Source: Heterodontus francisci | Lineage: Eukaryota | Assembly (NCBI RefSeq): GCF_036365525.1 | Contig: NC_090397.1 | Span: forward strand, 69,693,781 to 69,757,780 | Direction of reading: 5' to 3' | Length of the DNA stretch: 64,000 nt | In this document: positions 1-13,679 of the stretch, in pieces | Layout of the letters: each line of letters starts with the position of its first letter | Position numbering within the stretch: position 1 is the stretch's first letter | Position numbers and translations under genes: made by a program | Notes under the pieces: generated by a model | The model's database searches: none | What the model was told of the DNA's origin: nothing | Seen by the model: only the letters and a program-made list of their open reading frames with translations

Positions 1-190
1 ACCAAAAGCTTGGCCAAAGAGGGAGGTTTTAAGGGAGGAAAGTGAGGTTGAGAGGCTTAGAGGATTAAGGAAGGAATTCCAGAGATTAGGGCCCAGGCAG
101 CTGAAGACATGGTCGCCAATGGTGGAGCGATTAAAATCGGGGATGAACAAGAGGCCAGAATTAGAGGAGCTCAGATATCTTGGAGGACTA
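1..190 (-). mobile_element. L2 LINE 3' fragment
   Basis: Reverse complement of the L2-like tail seen at 16415-16890, 35585-36202 and 42085-42620. Confidence 0.7.
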
Positions 191-1754
191 ACATAGGGAG
201 AGTGGAGACAGGGTGTGGCAGTGGATTAAATAAAATGCTATATCTTCAGCAAATCCACCTTGGCTTGAATGCAGCTGAGGTTGAAGAACTGAAAGCCTTC
301 TCTCTCTATGGCTGTGATAGGTCGATGTGAGCAGTCTTAATCCAGGATGTGGGTCCACTGCACAAAACTGTCTACTAGACTGGCAATCGCACCCAAAATG
401 TGACGAATAGGGGAAGTAGAACAGTTTGAATTGATGCACTCCCCTGAGGTGTAGAATTGAGATATAGTAACGGGGTCAGAATAGAGGGAACTTATGCCAA
501 TAGTATATCTGACTCACAGGTACTTGACACGATTGGAAGCTACTCAAAATGGAAAACATTGATCCGTTTCGCCAACAATGCATCTGTTTTCTTGATAAAC
601 AAAAAAAAATTACTTCAAAGTTAAATAAGTTTGGAATAATAAAAATGAAGTGAAAGGTTAACACCAAAATAAAGTAGTTTTTACCCTGCATAATATAAAG
701 GTTAAACATGAACAGATAAAAACCATATTTACTTCTATATTATAATGAAAGAAGGTGTCACTTTGTGTTTCCATTTGAAAGATATTAGCAAACTGCAGTA
801 ATCTAGAGTTAAGTGGGCAGTGCAATTGACTGGTATATTAATATTTCTGTCACACAGTATCTCCTGGCTGTTCTAAATGGAATTAAACGGAATCAGTTCT
901 GGCACTTTATAAGCATTCCATGTCGACTGGAGACTGACCATGGCAGATAATCACTATCTCTCTCTCAACTGGGAAAGACAACAGAGTTCCCCCATAAGGA
1001 AGACAATGCAGAAGACACAGAAACCCGTGTCACTCTGCTGTCCCTTCTATTGTGTGTACAAGTCAATTCAATTTGTAAATAACACTTTTAGATATGCAGA
1101 GGATAATCTCAGCCCAGGTCCCTATTCTTTGTGCAGTGAATATTTTGAGGCACATGAACAATTTCAAATGAAGGAGAAGCCAGACCAAGAGGGTAGAAAC
1201 TGGATTAATACGGGTTTAAACAGGCACTATGAGGCCCAATGTCAGGGACCAATGTCCTCTATCCCAAAGACACCAGCAAGACATCCTTTACAGAATTGCA
1301 GGGGGGACGACTCTTAAGGGATCCCTGAGGCAATCTAAAACATGCGTTAAACACCGTACGTATGTAAACGAGGGGCATGATGCCTATTTTAGGACCCCTC
1401 AGGAAATTGGTGCCCTGAAGAGTATAGCAGATCCTGGGCCTGTTCAGCTCCTCTTCATTTCACCTGGCATGGACACAAGGCAGGATGTAGTTGCACTGCC
1501 CAGTTAGCCCTAGATTACTACCGTTTGCAAATATCTTTCAAATGGAAGCACACAGAGTGAAACCTTCTTTCATGATAGTATAGAAGTAAGCATGCATCTT
1601 TTTTAGGTGACTTTGAATACATTTTTAAAAAACTGATGGGGAGCTAGGAGGAGCAGAAGTGCTTGCCTTTGCCCCATAGCGCTCCCAGGGATCGTTAACA
1701 TCCCCCACCCCCTCACCACGACAGTCCACAGCTCCCCCTCTCCAGCACTAATGA

Positions 1755-2200
1755 GGAAATGTTGGACAGGTTGGGCCTGTATCCATTGGAGTTTAGAAGA
1801 ATGAGAGGTGATTTTTTTGAAATATATAAGATCCTGAGGGGACTTGACAGGGTGGATGCTGAAAGGCTGTTTCCCCTTGTGGGAGAGACTAGAACTAGGG
1901 AACACAGTTTAAAAATAAGGAGTCGCCCTTATAAGACAGAGATGAGGAGAAATTTATTTCTCTCAGAGGATTGTGAGTCGTTGGGACTCTCTTCTCCAGA
2001 CAGCGGTGCAGTCAGGGTCATTGAATATTTTTGAGGCAGGGGTAGATGAATTCTTGACTCACAAGGGAGTCAAAGGATATTGGGGGTCGGTGGGAAAGTG
2101 GAGTTGAGGCCACAATCAGATCTGCCATGATCTTATTAAATGGCAGAGCAGGCTCAAGGGGCCGAATGGCCTACTCCTGCTCCTAATTCATATGTTTGTG
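1755..2200 (+). mobile_element. CR1 LINE 3' fragment
   Basis: LDRLGLYPLEFRRMRGD..YKILRGLDRV motif and the CR1 3'UTR (GGGCCGAATGGCCTACTCCTGCTCCT). Confidence 0.9.
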
Positions 2201-2708
2201 TGTTTTTGCTCATTTCATTCAGACAGCAGGGTGAGCTGCAAAGGTGCGAAATTTGGCCAATGGATTTCTACTGCTGTATCAAGTCTCTTTGATCCGTGCT
2301 TAATAAACTTTGAATTTCAGATTGCTGACTTACTGAAATGACTTAATTTATCATGCACGTCTTATGATTGTTGGCCATCTGTCTGCAAATTGAAATATGT
2401 AGATGTCATTAAGAGTTTATTAATATGCAAGAAATCTTTTAAATTACGGTGCAAGTTAATTTCAAGAAAATAAAGAAAAAAACAGAGCATGATTGCACTT
2501 GTAATAATAAGGGCAGCCTCCTGGCTGGAATAAACTCTATGTTCAATGCATGGTATATTTTTCTGAAGTCTTAAAACGCACCCCAGTTTCCTGTCAACAG
2601 ATGAATACTTGGATATGCTTTGCAGAAACTGCATTGTGTTAGTAATGCAGTCTTGATCTGGAAGCATAGCCAGCCAATATACTTCTGGTAATAACAGAAC
2701 TTCCCCAC

Positions 2709-2867
2709 CTGATAAACACCTCGGGAGACACACCATGGTCTCAAGAGCAGCTGTACTGCACGGAGATTACCAAAGCGCCAGTTTCTGAGAGCTCGGGCAG
2801 TAAGATTCCAAACCAGACTATCCCAGTTATAAAGCAAATCTTCAAAGCTGAATAACACAGCAGCCAT
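2709..2867 (-). CDS. FRMD4B: Alternative first coding exon (53 codons) of an FRMD4-family gene, best match FRMD4B
   Basis: Reads MAAVLFSFEDLLYNWDSLVWNLTARALRNWRFGNLRAVQLLLRPWCVSRGVYQ, then a phase-0 donor CAG|GTGGGG at 2709/2708. It aligns with the human FRMD4B N-terminus as I recall it (MASVFMCGVEDLLFSGSRFVWNLTVSTLRRWYTERLRACHQVLRTWCGLQDVYQ|MTEGR). Start context is GCAATGG. Paralog (4B vs 4A) is not fully certain. Confidence 0.88.
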
Positions 2868-4003
2868 TGCACCAGTAACTGAAACCTCGATCAATTCATG
2901 TTGATTCTCTTGAGTGTTGATCCTCTGTCAATACTGTAAATTGCAAGTGATAGCCAAATCTTTTTTTACTCAGTGTATAATTTCTGGAGCCAAAGGAAAA
3001 GAGTCGAAGCCAACATCAACTTTTCCTCTTTCCCTAAGAAGTGTTCTTCCGAGACCTCATCAGCTACCCAGAGCAGGATCGAAACCAGATCAATTTCAGA
3101 GGCTAGGTTCAACAATGCATCTTCAAGTTATTCAGAATATAAAGTGCCTTCATGCACGGCTCTCATGACAAATAAAAGGCTACTCCCAGTATTCACTTTG
3201 TTTTTCCAATAGGAACGCGACATACATAAAAGGAACACACAAAACTTCAGCTGGATTGTTCGGCTGCCAGAATTCTGTCCCGGGAAAAATTAACTCCCTA
3301 TGTTGTTTTACTGCCAACATTCCCCTGACATTCCATTTCACTATTTAGGGTCAATGGCGCCAAGTACTGTATGTACACACAGCACCAATAAAACAGAGCA
3401 AAGCAGCGATTGCAGACTTTAAACTGGCTGTCAATTTGCATCTGAGAATAATCACTTTACAACATAACCATAAAATGGCATATTGTTCCACTGTTATTAC
3501 ATTATAGCTCTGTTGCTGGAGCTAATTCCTTCTTAATTGCATTCTATAATCATTCTCTTCCTGTTGAGAATGGAAACTGTTGGCCAATCACCTCAGCCTT
3601 TGACATTCCCTGAAATATGGGCCATGAGATTTTACAGAGTCCATATCTTAACATGGCCATTGAGCGCATAAATTAAGATAACCGAAAGTTTGATTTAGAT
3701 CACTCTGTTTCAACCATCTTCACTTGTTACAGTGCAGACGTACGTAAAGAGGAAGAAGTAATTTATATTTTCACATCAAAATAAAGTGTATCTGTCCATA
3801 AAATAGCTTGTATTCTCTGATGTTAAAGTCACAGAAAATTGTTAATCTGTTGTATCACAGAAAACATACACTTTTCCCATGGCACACCTTAAGTGCAGTG
3901 CTTACTAAAGAGTTTTATAATTTTGTTTTAAATTATTTATCATTTAATTTTCTTTCATGTATTTATTTGTCTCTGGTTGCAGCATTTTCAGAAGAGCTAA
4001 TTT

Positions 4004-4352
4004 GGGCGGCACAGTGGCGCAGTGGTCAGCACGGCAGCATCACAGCTCCAGGGACCCCGGTTCGGTTCTGGGTCCTGCCTGTGCAGAGTTTGCAAGTTCT
4101 CCCGGTGACTGCGTGGGTTTCCGTCGGGTGCTCCGGTTTCCTCCCACAGCCAAAGACTTGCAGGTTGATAGGTAAATTGGCCATTGTAAATTGCCCCTAG
4201 TGCAGGTAGGTGGTAGGAGAATGGTGGGGATGTGGTAGGTAATATGGGATTAATGTAGGATTAGTATAAATGGGTGGTTGTTGGTCAGCAAAGACTCAGT
4301 GGGCCGAAGGGCCTGTTTCAGTGCTGTATCTCTAAAATAAACTAAACTAAAT
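4004..4352 (+). mobile_element. V-SINE/HE1-like SINE
   Basis: Same family as 29976, 34475, 44113 and 60091. Confidence 0.9.
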
Positions 4353-4377
4353 TCTATTGAAGATAATCAGAAAATTA

Positions 4378-4807
4378 AAAGACTTGCATTTATATAGCAC
4401 CTTTCATGACCAGAGGTTTCCCAATGTGCTTTACATGAATGAAGTGTAGTCACTCTTGTAATGTAGGAAACGCAACAGCCAATTTGAGCACAGCAAGCTC
4501 CCATAAACATCATCGTGATAATGACCAGATGAACTGCTTTAGTTATGTTGATTGAGAGATAAATATTGGCCAGGAGACTGGGGAACATCTCTCCTGCTCT
4601 TCCTCAAAATAGTGCCATGGGACCTTCTGCATCCCCCTGACAGGCTGACGCAGCTTTGGTTTAATGCCTCATCCAAAAGACGTGCCTCTGACAATGCAGC
4701 CTCCCTCAGTACTGTAGCCTTGATTTTTATACTCAATTCTCCGCAGCAGGGACTCAAACCCACAACATTCTAACTCCGAGGTGGGAGTGCTACCCACTGA
4801 GTCACAG
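4378..4807 (-). mobile_element. DeuSINE/SacSINE1-like SINE
   Basis: tRNA-like head at the right end, Deu-like core (TGTCCTGGCCAATATTTATC-like on the minus strand) and an L2-like tail. Homologous to 17750-18190. Confidence 0.75.
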
Positions 4808-5799
4808 TTTCATTTGTTTTGTGGTGTGCTGCATTTGATTGACTCTTTGCACCAAAATGAAGGGAATATGTCAATCATCCAATCCTTGCTCAGGTGACAG
4901 GTAAGTACATTACAGGAGGTGTTAATTGCTCAGGTGATATCACTGTGACTGAAAGAGGCTATTGTTGGTTGCATATAGCGAACACACTCGCAGAACTAAT
5001 TCAGTATTTGTAAATGTATAACAGTACAAGAAAAATAAATTTTTTTAAAAAAATTAAATTTTTGACATTTCTTCCTCCCTATCAAATAAAAACAGGACAT
5101 TCTGTTAAACAGTGACATTTCCATTTGAGTAGTGTAGTTCACCTTAGTGTGTCAAATGGGCAAAATGATCGCCTGGTTTTACTGAACATTTACTGGCCTT
5201 CTTTTCAAAGCGATGTAAAGAAAAATCCAGAAGACTAATGGTTTTTAATCAAGTATTTTTTTCCCCCAAAAATTGATTAAGCAAGCAATAAGATTCATGC
5301 ATAACTTGTTCACACGAAAGAAGTTTTCGAGTTTATTCCTTGCTTCAGAAGATGCTGATTGGCACCTAGACTCACTTCTGCCGATGCCACCATCCAAGCC
5401 AGAGAGGCTAGTTTTTCATGTGCGAGTCTAATCGATGAGTGTCAGCAGTCTATTCGACTGCAATAGGCATCGCACCTGAACCTGATTTGATGCTGGCCCA
5501 GGGACCACAAACAGGTACATTTCCAGGAGGGAAGAGTGAGCCTTGGCTTTTATTTCTCCTCTTTAGCCCAGGGGTATTCACAGTAGTCATAGCATGCTGC
5601 CAATTCTCGCGCTAAAAGGAAATTTTTTGTTCTGATGATGAATATATTCACTAAGCCAACTTTGAAAAAAATGGCAAATATTCTGAAAGGTTCACCGATT
5701 TATTTTAAAGCCCACACAGAGAACTGTGCTGAAAGACAGAATTGTGCATACTGAGGGCGCACAATCTGACTTAGAATTATTTTATGAAGGAATATCTGA

Positions 5800-6990
5800 G
5801 GGCAAATGGTCACAGGGGATGTGAAAAAACAATTAAATGCAGCAAAGAAAGAGTATGAGAAGATACTGGCAACCAAGATAAAAAGGAATCCAAAAATCTT
5901 CTATAGGCATATAAATAGTAAAAGGGTGATAAAAGGAGGGGTGGGGGCTATTAGGGACCTAAATGGGGATTTACTCATGGAGGCAGAGGGCATAGCTGAG
6001 GTACTAAATGATTACTTCGCATCTGTCTTTACCAAGGAAGATGCTGCCAAAGTTATAGTGAAAGAGGAGGTAGTTGAGACACTGAATGGGCTAAAAATTG
6101 ATAACGAGGAAGTATTAAAAAGGCCGACTGTACTTAAATGTTGATGACACCAGGACCAGATCAGATGCATCTGAGGACACTGAGGGAAGTAAGGGTGGAA
6201 ATTGCGGAGGCACCGGCCATAATCTTCCAATCCTCCTCAGATACAGGGGTGGTCCCAAAGGATTGGAGAATTATAAATGTTACACCCTTGTTAAAAAGGA
6301 CAAGCCCAGCAGCTACAGGGCAGTCTGTTTAGCCTCGGTGGGGGAAAGGCTTTTAGAAACAATAATCCGGGAAAAATTAAGTCACTTGGACAAAAGTGGA
6401 TTAATTAAGAAAAGTCAGGCAAATCATGTTCAAATAACTTGAGTTTTTGATGAGAATAATGAGGTTGATGTGCTGTACATGCACTTTCAAAAGGCGTTTG
6501 ATAAAGTGCTACATTACAAGCTTGTCAGAAAGGTTGAAGCCTATGGAATAAAAGGGACATTGGCAGCATGGTCACAAAGTTGTCTGAGTGACAGGAAACA
6601 GAGAGTAGTTGCGAACAGGTGTTTTTTTGGACTGGTGGAGGGTATACAGTGGGGTTCCCCAGGGGTCAGTATTAGGACCACTACTTTTCATGATCGATAT
6701 TAATGATCTAGATGTGGGTGTGTAGGGCGTCATTACAAAATTTGCAGATGACACAAAACTTGGAAGTATTGTGAACTGTGAGGAGGATTTTGATAGACTT
6801 CAAGAGGACATAGAAAGGCTGGTGGAATGGGTGGACACATGACAATTGAAATTTAATTCATAAAGTGAACATTGGCAGAAGGGATAGGAAGGGGCAATAC
6901 AGACTTAATGGCACAGTTCTAATGAGTGTGCATGGACAAAGGGACCTGGGGATGTATGTGCATATATCTTTGAAGTTGGGAGGACAGATT
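5800..6990 (+). mobile_element. CR1 LINE ORF2, degraded (left part of a split element)
   Basis: [41 protein letters not shown] and KFADD remnants. Confidence 0.9.
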
Positions 6991-9900
6991 AGAGTCATAG
7001 AGTTATACAGCACAGAAACAGGCCCTTCAGCCCATCATGTCTGTGCTGGCCATCCAGCACCTAACTATTCTAATCCCATATTCCAGCACTTGGCCCATAG
7101 CCTTGTATGTTATGGCGTTTCAAGTGCTCATCTAAATACTTCTTAAATGTTGTGAGGGTTCCTGCCTCTACAACCTCTTCAGGCAGCGCGTTCTAGATTC
7201 CAACCACCCGCTGGGCGATAAAATCTTTCCTCAAATCCCCCCTAAACCTCCTGCCCCTTATCCTAAATCTATGCTCCCTGGTTATTGACCCCTCCGCTAA
7301 GGGAAAAAGTTTCTTCCTATCTAACCTATCAATGCCCCTCATAATCTTGTACTCTCAATCATGTCCCCCCTCAGCCTTCTCTGCTCCAAGGAAAACAACC
7401 CTAGCCTTTTCAGTCCCTCTTCATAGCTGAAATGCTCCAGCCCAGGCAACATCCTGGTGAATCTCATCTGCACCCTCTCCAGTGCAATCACATCCTTCCT
7501 ATAGTGTGGTGACCAGAACTGTACACAGTATTCCAGCTGTGGCCTAACTAGCATTTTATACAGCTCCATCATAACCTCCCTGCTCTTATATTCTATGCCT
7601 CGGCTAAAAAAGGCAAGTATCCCATATGCCTTCCTAACCACCTTATCTACCTGTGCTGCTGCCTTCAGTGATCTGTGGACAAGTACACCAAGGTCCCTCT
7701 GACCTTCTGTTCTTCCCAGGGCCCCATCATCCATTGTATATTCCCTTGCCTTGTTAGTCCTCCCAAAATGCATCACCTCACACTTCTCAGGATTAAATTC
7801 CATTTGCCACTGCTCCGCCCATCTTCCCAGCCCATCTATATCTCCCTGTAATCTAAGGATTTCCTCCTCACTATTTACAACACCACCAATTTTCATGTCA
7901 TCTGCAAACTTACTGATCATACCTCCTATATTCATGTCTAAATCATTCAAGTACACTACAAACAGCAAGGGTCCCAGCACCGATCCCTGTGGGACACCAC
8001 TGGTCATAGGCTTCCAATCGCAAAAACAGCCCTCGACCATTACCCTCTACCTCCTGCCACTAAGCCAATGTTGGATCCAATTTGCCAAATTGCCCTTGAT
8101 CCCATGGGCTCTTGGTTCTTAACCAATCAGCCATGTGAAACCTTATCAAAAGCCTTACTGAAATCCATGTATACTACATCTACTGCTTTACCCTCATCTA
8201 CACATCTAGTCACCTCCTCAAAAAATTCAATCAAGTTAGTTAGACACAGTCTCCCCTGACAAAGCCATGCTGACTATCCCTGATTAATCCCTGCCTCTCC
8301 AAGTGGAGATTAATCCTGTCCCTCAGAAGTTTTTCCAATATTTTCCCAACCACTGATGTTAGACTCACCGGCCTGTAATTACCTGGTTTATCCCTGCTAC
8401 CCTTCTTGAATAATGGTACCACATTTGCTGTCCTTCAGTCCTCTGGTGCCTCGCCTGTGGCCAGAGAGGATTTGAAAATTTGTGTCACAGCCCCTGCTAT
8501 CTCCTCCCTTGCCTCACATAACAGCCTGGGATATATCTCATCTGGGCTTGTGGATTTATCCACTTTTAAGCCTGCTAAAACAGCTAATACTTCCTCCCTT
8601 TCAATGCTAATATGTTCAAGTATATCACAATCCCCCTCCCTGATCTCTACACCTACATCATCCTTCTCCATAGTGAACACAGATGAAAAGTAATTATTTA
8701 AAACCTCACCTATGTCCTCTGGCTCCACACACAGATTGCCACTTTGGTCCCTAATGGGCCCGATTCTTTCCCTGGTTATCCTCTTACCTTTAATATACTT
8801 ATAAAACACCTTAGGATTTTCCTTTATCTTGCCCGCCAGTGTTTTTTCATGTCCCTTCTTCACTCTCTTAATTACTTTTTTAAGTGCCACCCTACACTTT
8901 CTACACTCCTCTCGGGCCTCCGCTGTTTTCAGCGCTCGGGATCTGCCATAAGCCTCCTTTTTTTTCCTGATCCAATCCTCTATATCCCTTGACATCCAGG
9001 GTTCCCTGGGCCTGTTAGTCCTTCCCTTCACCTTAACAGGTACATGTTGGCTCGGAACTCTCACTATTTCCTCTTTGAATGACTCCCACTGATGTGATGT
9101 AGACTTTCCTACAGGTAGCTGCTCCCCGTCCACTTTGGCCAGATTCTGTTTTATCATATTCAAATCGCCTTCCCCTAATTCAGTACCTTTATTTCTGGTC
9201 TATCTTTGTTCTTTTCCAGAACTACCTTAAATCTTAGAGTTATGGTCACCATCCACGAAATGCTTCCCCACTGACACTTCTACCACTTGACCGGCTTCAT
9301 TCCCTAGGATTAGGTCCAGTACTGCCCCTTCTCTTGTAGGGCTTTCTGCATACTGACTCAAAAAGCTTTCCTGTATGCATTTTTAGAATTCCGCCCCCTT
9401 TAAACCTTTTGCACTAAGACTATCCCAGTTGATATTGGGGAAGTTGAAATCCCCTACTATTATTACCCTATTATTTTTACACCTCTCTGAGATTTGCCTA
9501 CATATCTGCTCCTCTATCTCTTCCTGACTGTTTGGAGGCCTGCAGTACACACCCAGCCAAGTGATTGCCCCCTTTTTGTTTGTTTTTAAGTTCTACCCAT
9601 ATGGCCTCATTTGAGGAACCTTCTCAGATATCATCCCTCCTTACTGCAGTAATTGACTCCTTGATCAACAGTGCAATGCCACCTCCTCTTTTACCCCCCC
9701 ACCCCCCTGCCATGCCTGAAGATTCTATACCCTGGAATATTGAGCTGCCAGTCCTGTCCCTCCCTCAACCATGTCTCTGTGATCGCAATAATATCATAAT
9801 CCCATGTGCTAATCAACGCCCTCAATTCATCTGCCTTACTGGAAGAAAGACTCCTTGCATTGAAACAGACGCAATCCAACCTTGCATTTTTCACTTGTGC

Positions 9901-10404
9901 CTTACCAGGTCTATATTTGCTCTGCCTTCCAGACAGACTCACTTTCTGTTCTATATTACCCGCTACTGTACCTCCACTCTGTATCCCATCTCCCTGCCAA
10001 ATTAGTTTAACCCCGCCCCCCTCGCCCCCCCCCCTCCAACAGCACGAGCAAACCTCCCAGCAAGGATGCTCGTCCCATTCCGGTTCAGGTGCAACCCGTC
10101 CAACTTGTACAGGTCCCACCTTTGCCAGAAACAGACCCAGTGATCCAGGAAACTAAAGCCCTCCCTCCTGCACCATCTCCTCAGCCGCGCATTCATCTGC
10201 TCTATCCTCCTATTCCTATACTCACTAGCACGTGGCACCGGGAGTAATCCAGAGATTACAATCTTAGAGGTCCTGCTTTTTATTCTGCTACATAGCTCCC
10301 TAAATTCTTGTTGCAGGACCTCATCCCTTTTTCTACCTATGTCATTGGTACCAATGCGTGCCACGACCTCTGGCTGCTCACCCTCCCTCTTCAGAATGTC
10401 CCGC
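6991..10404 (-). mobile_element. Long CR1 LINE (ORF1 esterase C-terminal part, ORF2 endonuclease and RT, 3'UTR) nested in the older CR1
   Basis: ORF1 has SGNH-like GTNDIG and DGLHL motifs (10002..10406). EN has NARS and AITETWL; RT has [19 protein letters not shown] and KFADD. Frameshifted. Confidence 0.93.
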
Positions 10405-11057
10405 ATATTGAGAGAGTAGTTAACAAAGCATATGGGATCTTGGGCTTCATAAATAGAGGTATTGAGTACAAAAGTAGGGGCATTAGGCTGAACTTTTATA
10501 AAGCTCTGGTTTGGCTATAACTAGAGTTTTGTGTCCAGTCACCTCATTTTAGGAAGGATGTGAGGGTCCTTGAGAGGGCGCAGAGGAGATTTACCAGAAT
10601 GGTTCCAGGGATAAGGGAATTTAGTGCAATGCTAGGTTGGAAAAGCTGGGGTTGTTCTAATTGGAACAAAGGTGGTTGACGGGAGATTTGATAGAGGTGT
10701 ACAAGATTATGGAAGGTTTAGATAAGGTAGATAAAGATAAGCTGTTCCCATTAGTTGATGGTAGAAGAACTAGGGGACACAGATTTAAGATTTTGGGCAA
10801 GAGATGCAGGGGGGTATGTGAGGAAGAACTATTTTACACGGCAAGTGGTAATGACCTGGAACTCGCTGCCTCTGAGGGTGGTGGAAGCGGAGACAATCAA
10901 AGACTTCAAAAGGAAATTGGATGGGCAGTTGAGGGAAATAAACTTGCAGGGCTATGGGAATCGAGCGGCGTGTGGGACTGACTGGATTGCTCTACAGAGT
11001 GGCAGCATGGATTTGATAGGCTACGCGGCCTCCTTCTGTGCCGTAATCATGACTCTG
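10405..11057 (+). mobile_element. CR1 LINE (right part of the element split at 6990)
   Basis: Resumes the RT C-terminus (IERVVNKAYGILGFINRGIEYK) where the 5800-6990 copy stops. Confidence 0.88.
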
Positions 11058-11845
11058 AGAAGTGATACATTTTGATTGGAAAAATGAGGAAAGGCAATAT
11101 AAAGCAAAGCGTACAATTCTAAAGGGGGTGCAGGAGCAGAGGGACCTGGGGCTCTATGTGTACAAATCTTTGAAGGTGGCAGGGCAGAGTGAGAAAGCAC
11201 TTAATAAGATATACAGGATCCTGGGCTTTATAAATAGAAGCATAGAGCATAAAAGCAAGGAAGTTATGATGAACCTTTATAAAACACTGGTTGTGCTTCA
11301 ACTGGAGTATTGTGTCCAGTTCTGGGCACCACACTTTAGGAAGGACGTGAAGGCATTGGAGAGGGTGCAGAAAAGATTTATGAGAATAGTTCTGGGGATG
11401 AGGGACTTCAGTTACCATGATAGATTGCAGAAGCTGGGGCTGTTCTCCTGAAAGAGAAGGTTGAGAATGATTTGATAGAGATGTTCAAAATCATGAGGGG
11501 TCTAGACGGGGTAGATAGAGAGAAAGTGTTCTCACTAGCAGAAGGGTTGAGAATTAGAGGACATCGATATAAGATGATTGACAAAAGGACCAGAGGCGAC
11601 TTGAGGAAAATCTTTTTTATGCAGTGAATGGTTAGGATCTGGAATGCACTGCCTGAGAATGTGGTGGAGGCAGAGTCAACCATGACTTTCAAAAGGGAAT
11701 TGGATAATTATCTTGAGAAAAAAAATTGCAGGGCTATGGGGAAAAGGCGAGAAGTGGGACTAGCTGAGTTGCTTTTAGAGAGAGGTGACACAGATATGAT
11801 GGGCTGAATGGCCTCTTTCTGTGCTGTAACCATTCTCTAATTCTA
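11058..11845 (+). mobile_element. CR1 LINE 3' fragment
   Basis: MIHF..QRDLG..LEYCVQFWAPH and 3'UTR. Confidence 0.9.
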
Positions 11846-12044
11846 TCTAATTTGAATATTATAAATTTTATTTGTTCCTAAAATGCAATGGTGTCTGTCA
11901 GGAGCTCTAAACATTCCTGGGTCCCGTGAAGGCTCACTGGGGATACGCACAGCACAGTGTGCCACATAGATCAGCAGCAATCTTTGGCTCCACTCCGTTC
12001 TGTTCTGAGTTTGTTAATCTCAGCTGTTGACAGAGATACTACAT

Positions 12045-13320
12045 AGAATATGCAGCATCGAAACAGGCCATTCAGTCCAGGCCAGTGTTCATGATCCACT
12101 CAAGTCTCCTCCCATCTTTCCACATCTATCTTGATCCCTCTATTCCCTTCTCCCTCATATGTTTATCTAGTTTCCCCTTAAATACATCAGTACCATTCAA
12201 TCCAACCACTCCCTGTGGGAGTGAGTTCCACATTCTCACTCCCTGTGGGAGTGAGTTCCACATTCTCACTCTCTGTGGGAGTGAGTTCCACATTCTCACT
12301 CCCTGTGGGAGTGAGTTCCACATTCTCACTCTCTGTGGGAGTGAGTTCCACATTCTCACTCTCTGTGGGAGTGAGTTCCACATTCTCACTCTCTGTGGGA
12401 GTGAGTTCCACATTCTCACTCCCTGTGGGAGTGAGTTCCACATTCTCACTCCCTGTGGGAGTGAGTTCCACATTCTCACTCCCTGTGGGAGTGAGTTCCA
12501 CATTCTCACTCTCTGTGGGAGTGAGTTCCACATTCTCACTCTCTGTGGGAGTGAGTTCCACATTCTCACTCCCTGTGGGAGTGAGTTCCACATTCTCACT
12601 CTCTGTGGGAGTGAGTTCCACATTCTCACTCCCTGTGGGAGTGAGTTCCACATTCTCACTCTCTGTGGGAGTGAGTTCCACATTCTCACTCCCTGTGGGA
12701 GTGAGTTCCACATTCTCACTCTCTGTGGGAGTGAGTTCCACATTCTCACTCCCTGTGGGAGTGAGTTCCACATTCTCACTCCCTGTGGGAGTGAGTTCCA
12801 CATTCTCACTCTCTGTGGGAGTGAGTTCCACATTCTCACTCCCTGTGGGAGTGAGTTCCACATTCTCACTCCCTGTGGGAGTGAGTTCCACATTCTCACG
12901 CCCTGTGGGAGTGAGTTCCACATTCTCACTCTCTGTGGGAGTGAGTTCCACATTCTCACTCCCTGTGGGAGTGAGTTCCACATTCTCACTCTCTGTGGGA
13001 GTGAGTTCCACATTCTCACTCTCTGTGTAAAGACCTTTCTTCCGAATTCTCAATGTGATTTCTTGGTGACTATTTTATATTGATGACCTCGAGTTTTGCT
13101 CTTCCCCACAGGTGGAAAATCCTCTCCTTATCTACTCTATCAAAACCTTTCATAATTTTAAAGACCTCCATTAGGTCACCCCTCTGCCTTCTCTTTTCAA
13201 GAGAAAACAGACCCAACCTGCTCATCCTTCCCTGATAGGTATAACCTCGCAGTTCTGGTATCAAGGTTGTAGATCTTTTTTGCACCCTCTCCAGTACCTC
13301 TATATCCTTTTTATAAAATG
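12045..13320 (-). mobile_element. CR1 LINE 3' fragment hosting a tandem array
   Basis: ORF 13070..13285 reads RLGLFSLEKRRQRGDLMEVFKIMKG. The array is a repeated CR1 motif (QRVRMWNSLP) followed by FKGKLDKHM. Confidence 0.88.
12211..13027. repeat. 30-bp minisatellite, 27 copies, two interspersed variants
   Basis: Unit C[C/T]CTGTGGGAGTGAGTTCCACATTCTCACT: 15 C-type and 12 T-type copies, plus one further substitution at 12900. Confidence 0.98.
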
Positions 13321-13679
13321 TTGGCTAGAAGTTGATAAAACAAGCCTCAGTGTCCCTGGGCTAGGATGGGGAGACAATCAGCCAGGACTCTTTCTCACCA
13401 TTGTTTTCCTGCTGGAAACTGCACCAATGCTGCTTTCTGATGATGACATGATTGGGGATTTCTGGGATGCTCTTCAATGGGGAAATAGGCCTACCCATGA
13501 AGAACAGCAGCTGAGATTCCGGACGGCCGCTGGAAAACCAGAGGAACTGAACCCCACTTTGATCAGAACAAAGAGCAGAAAAGTAGAGGGTAACATATTT
13601 AAATTAAGCAGCTCTATCATCATTCTTAGTCTTTGGAATGGGCATAGAACAGAGCACTGCTATTTCAGCTAAAATGGTT

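Noticed and set aside
4004-4075. tRNA genes at the SINE heads
   Set aside because: The A/B-box heads continue into SINE bodies and tails; they are not stand-alone tRNAs.
12085-13083. CRISPR-like array, or long repetitive ORFs (332, 297, 288 and 271 aa)
   Set aside because: The units are head-to-tail with no unique spacers and no cas genes, in eukaryotic DNA. The ORFs arise because a 30-bp unit lacks stops in several frames.
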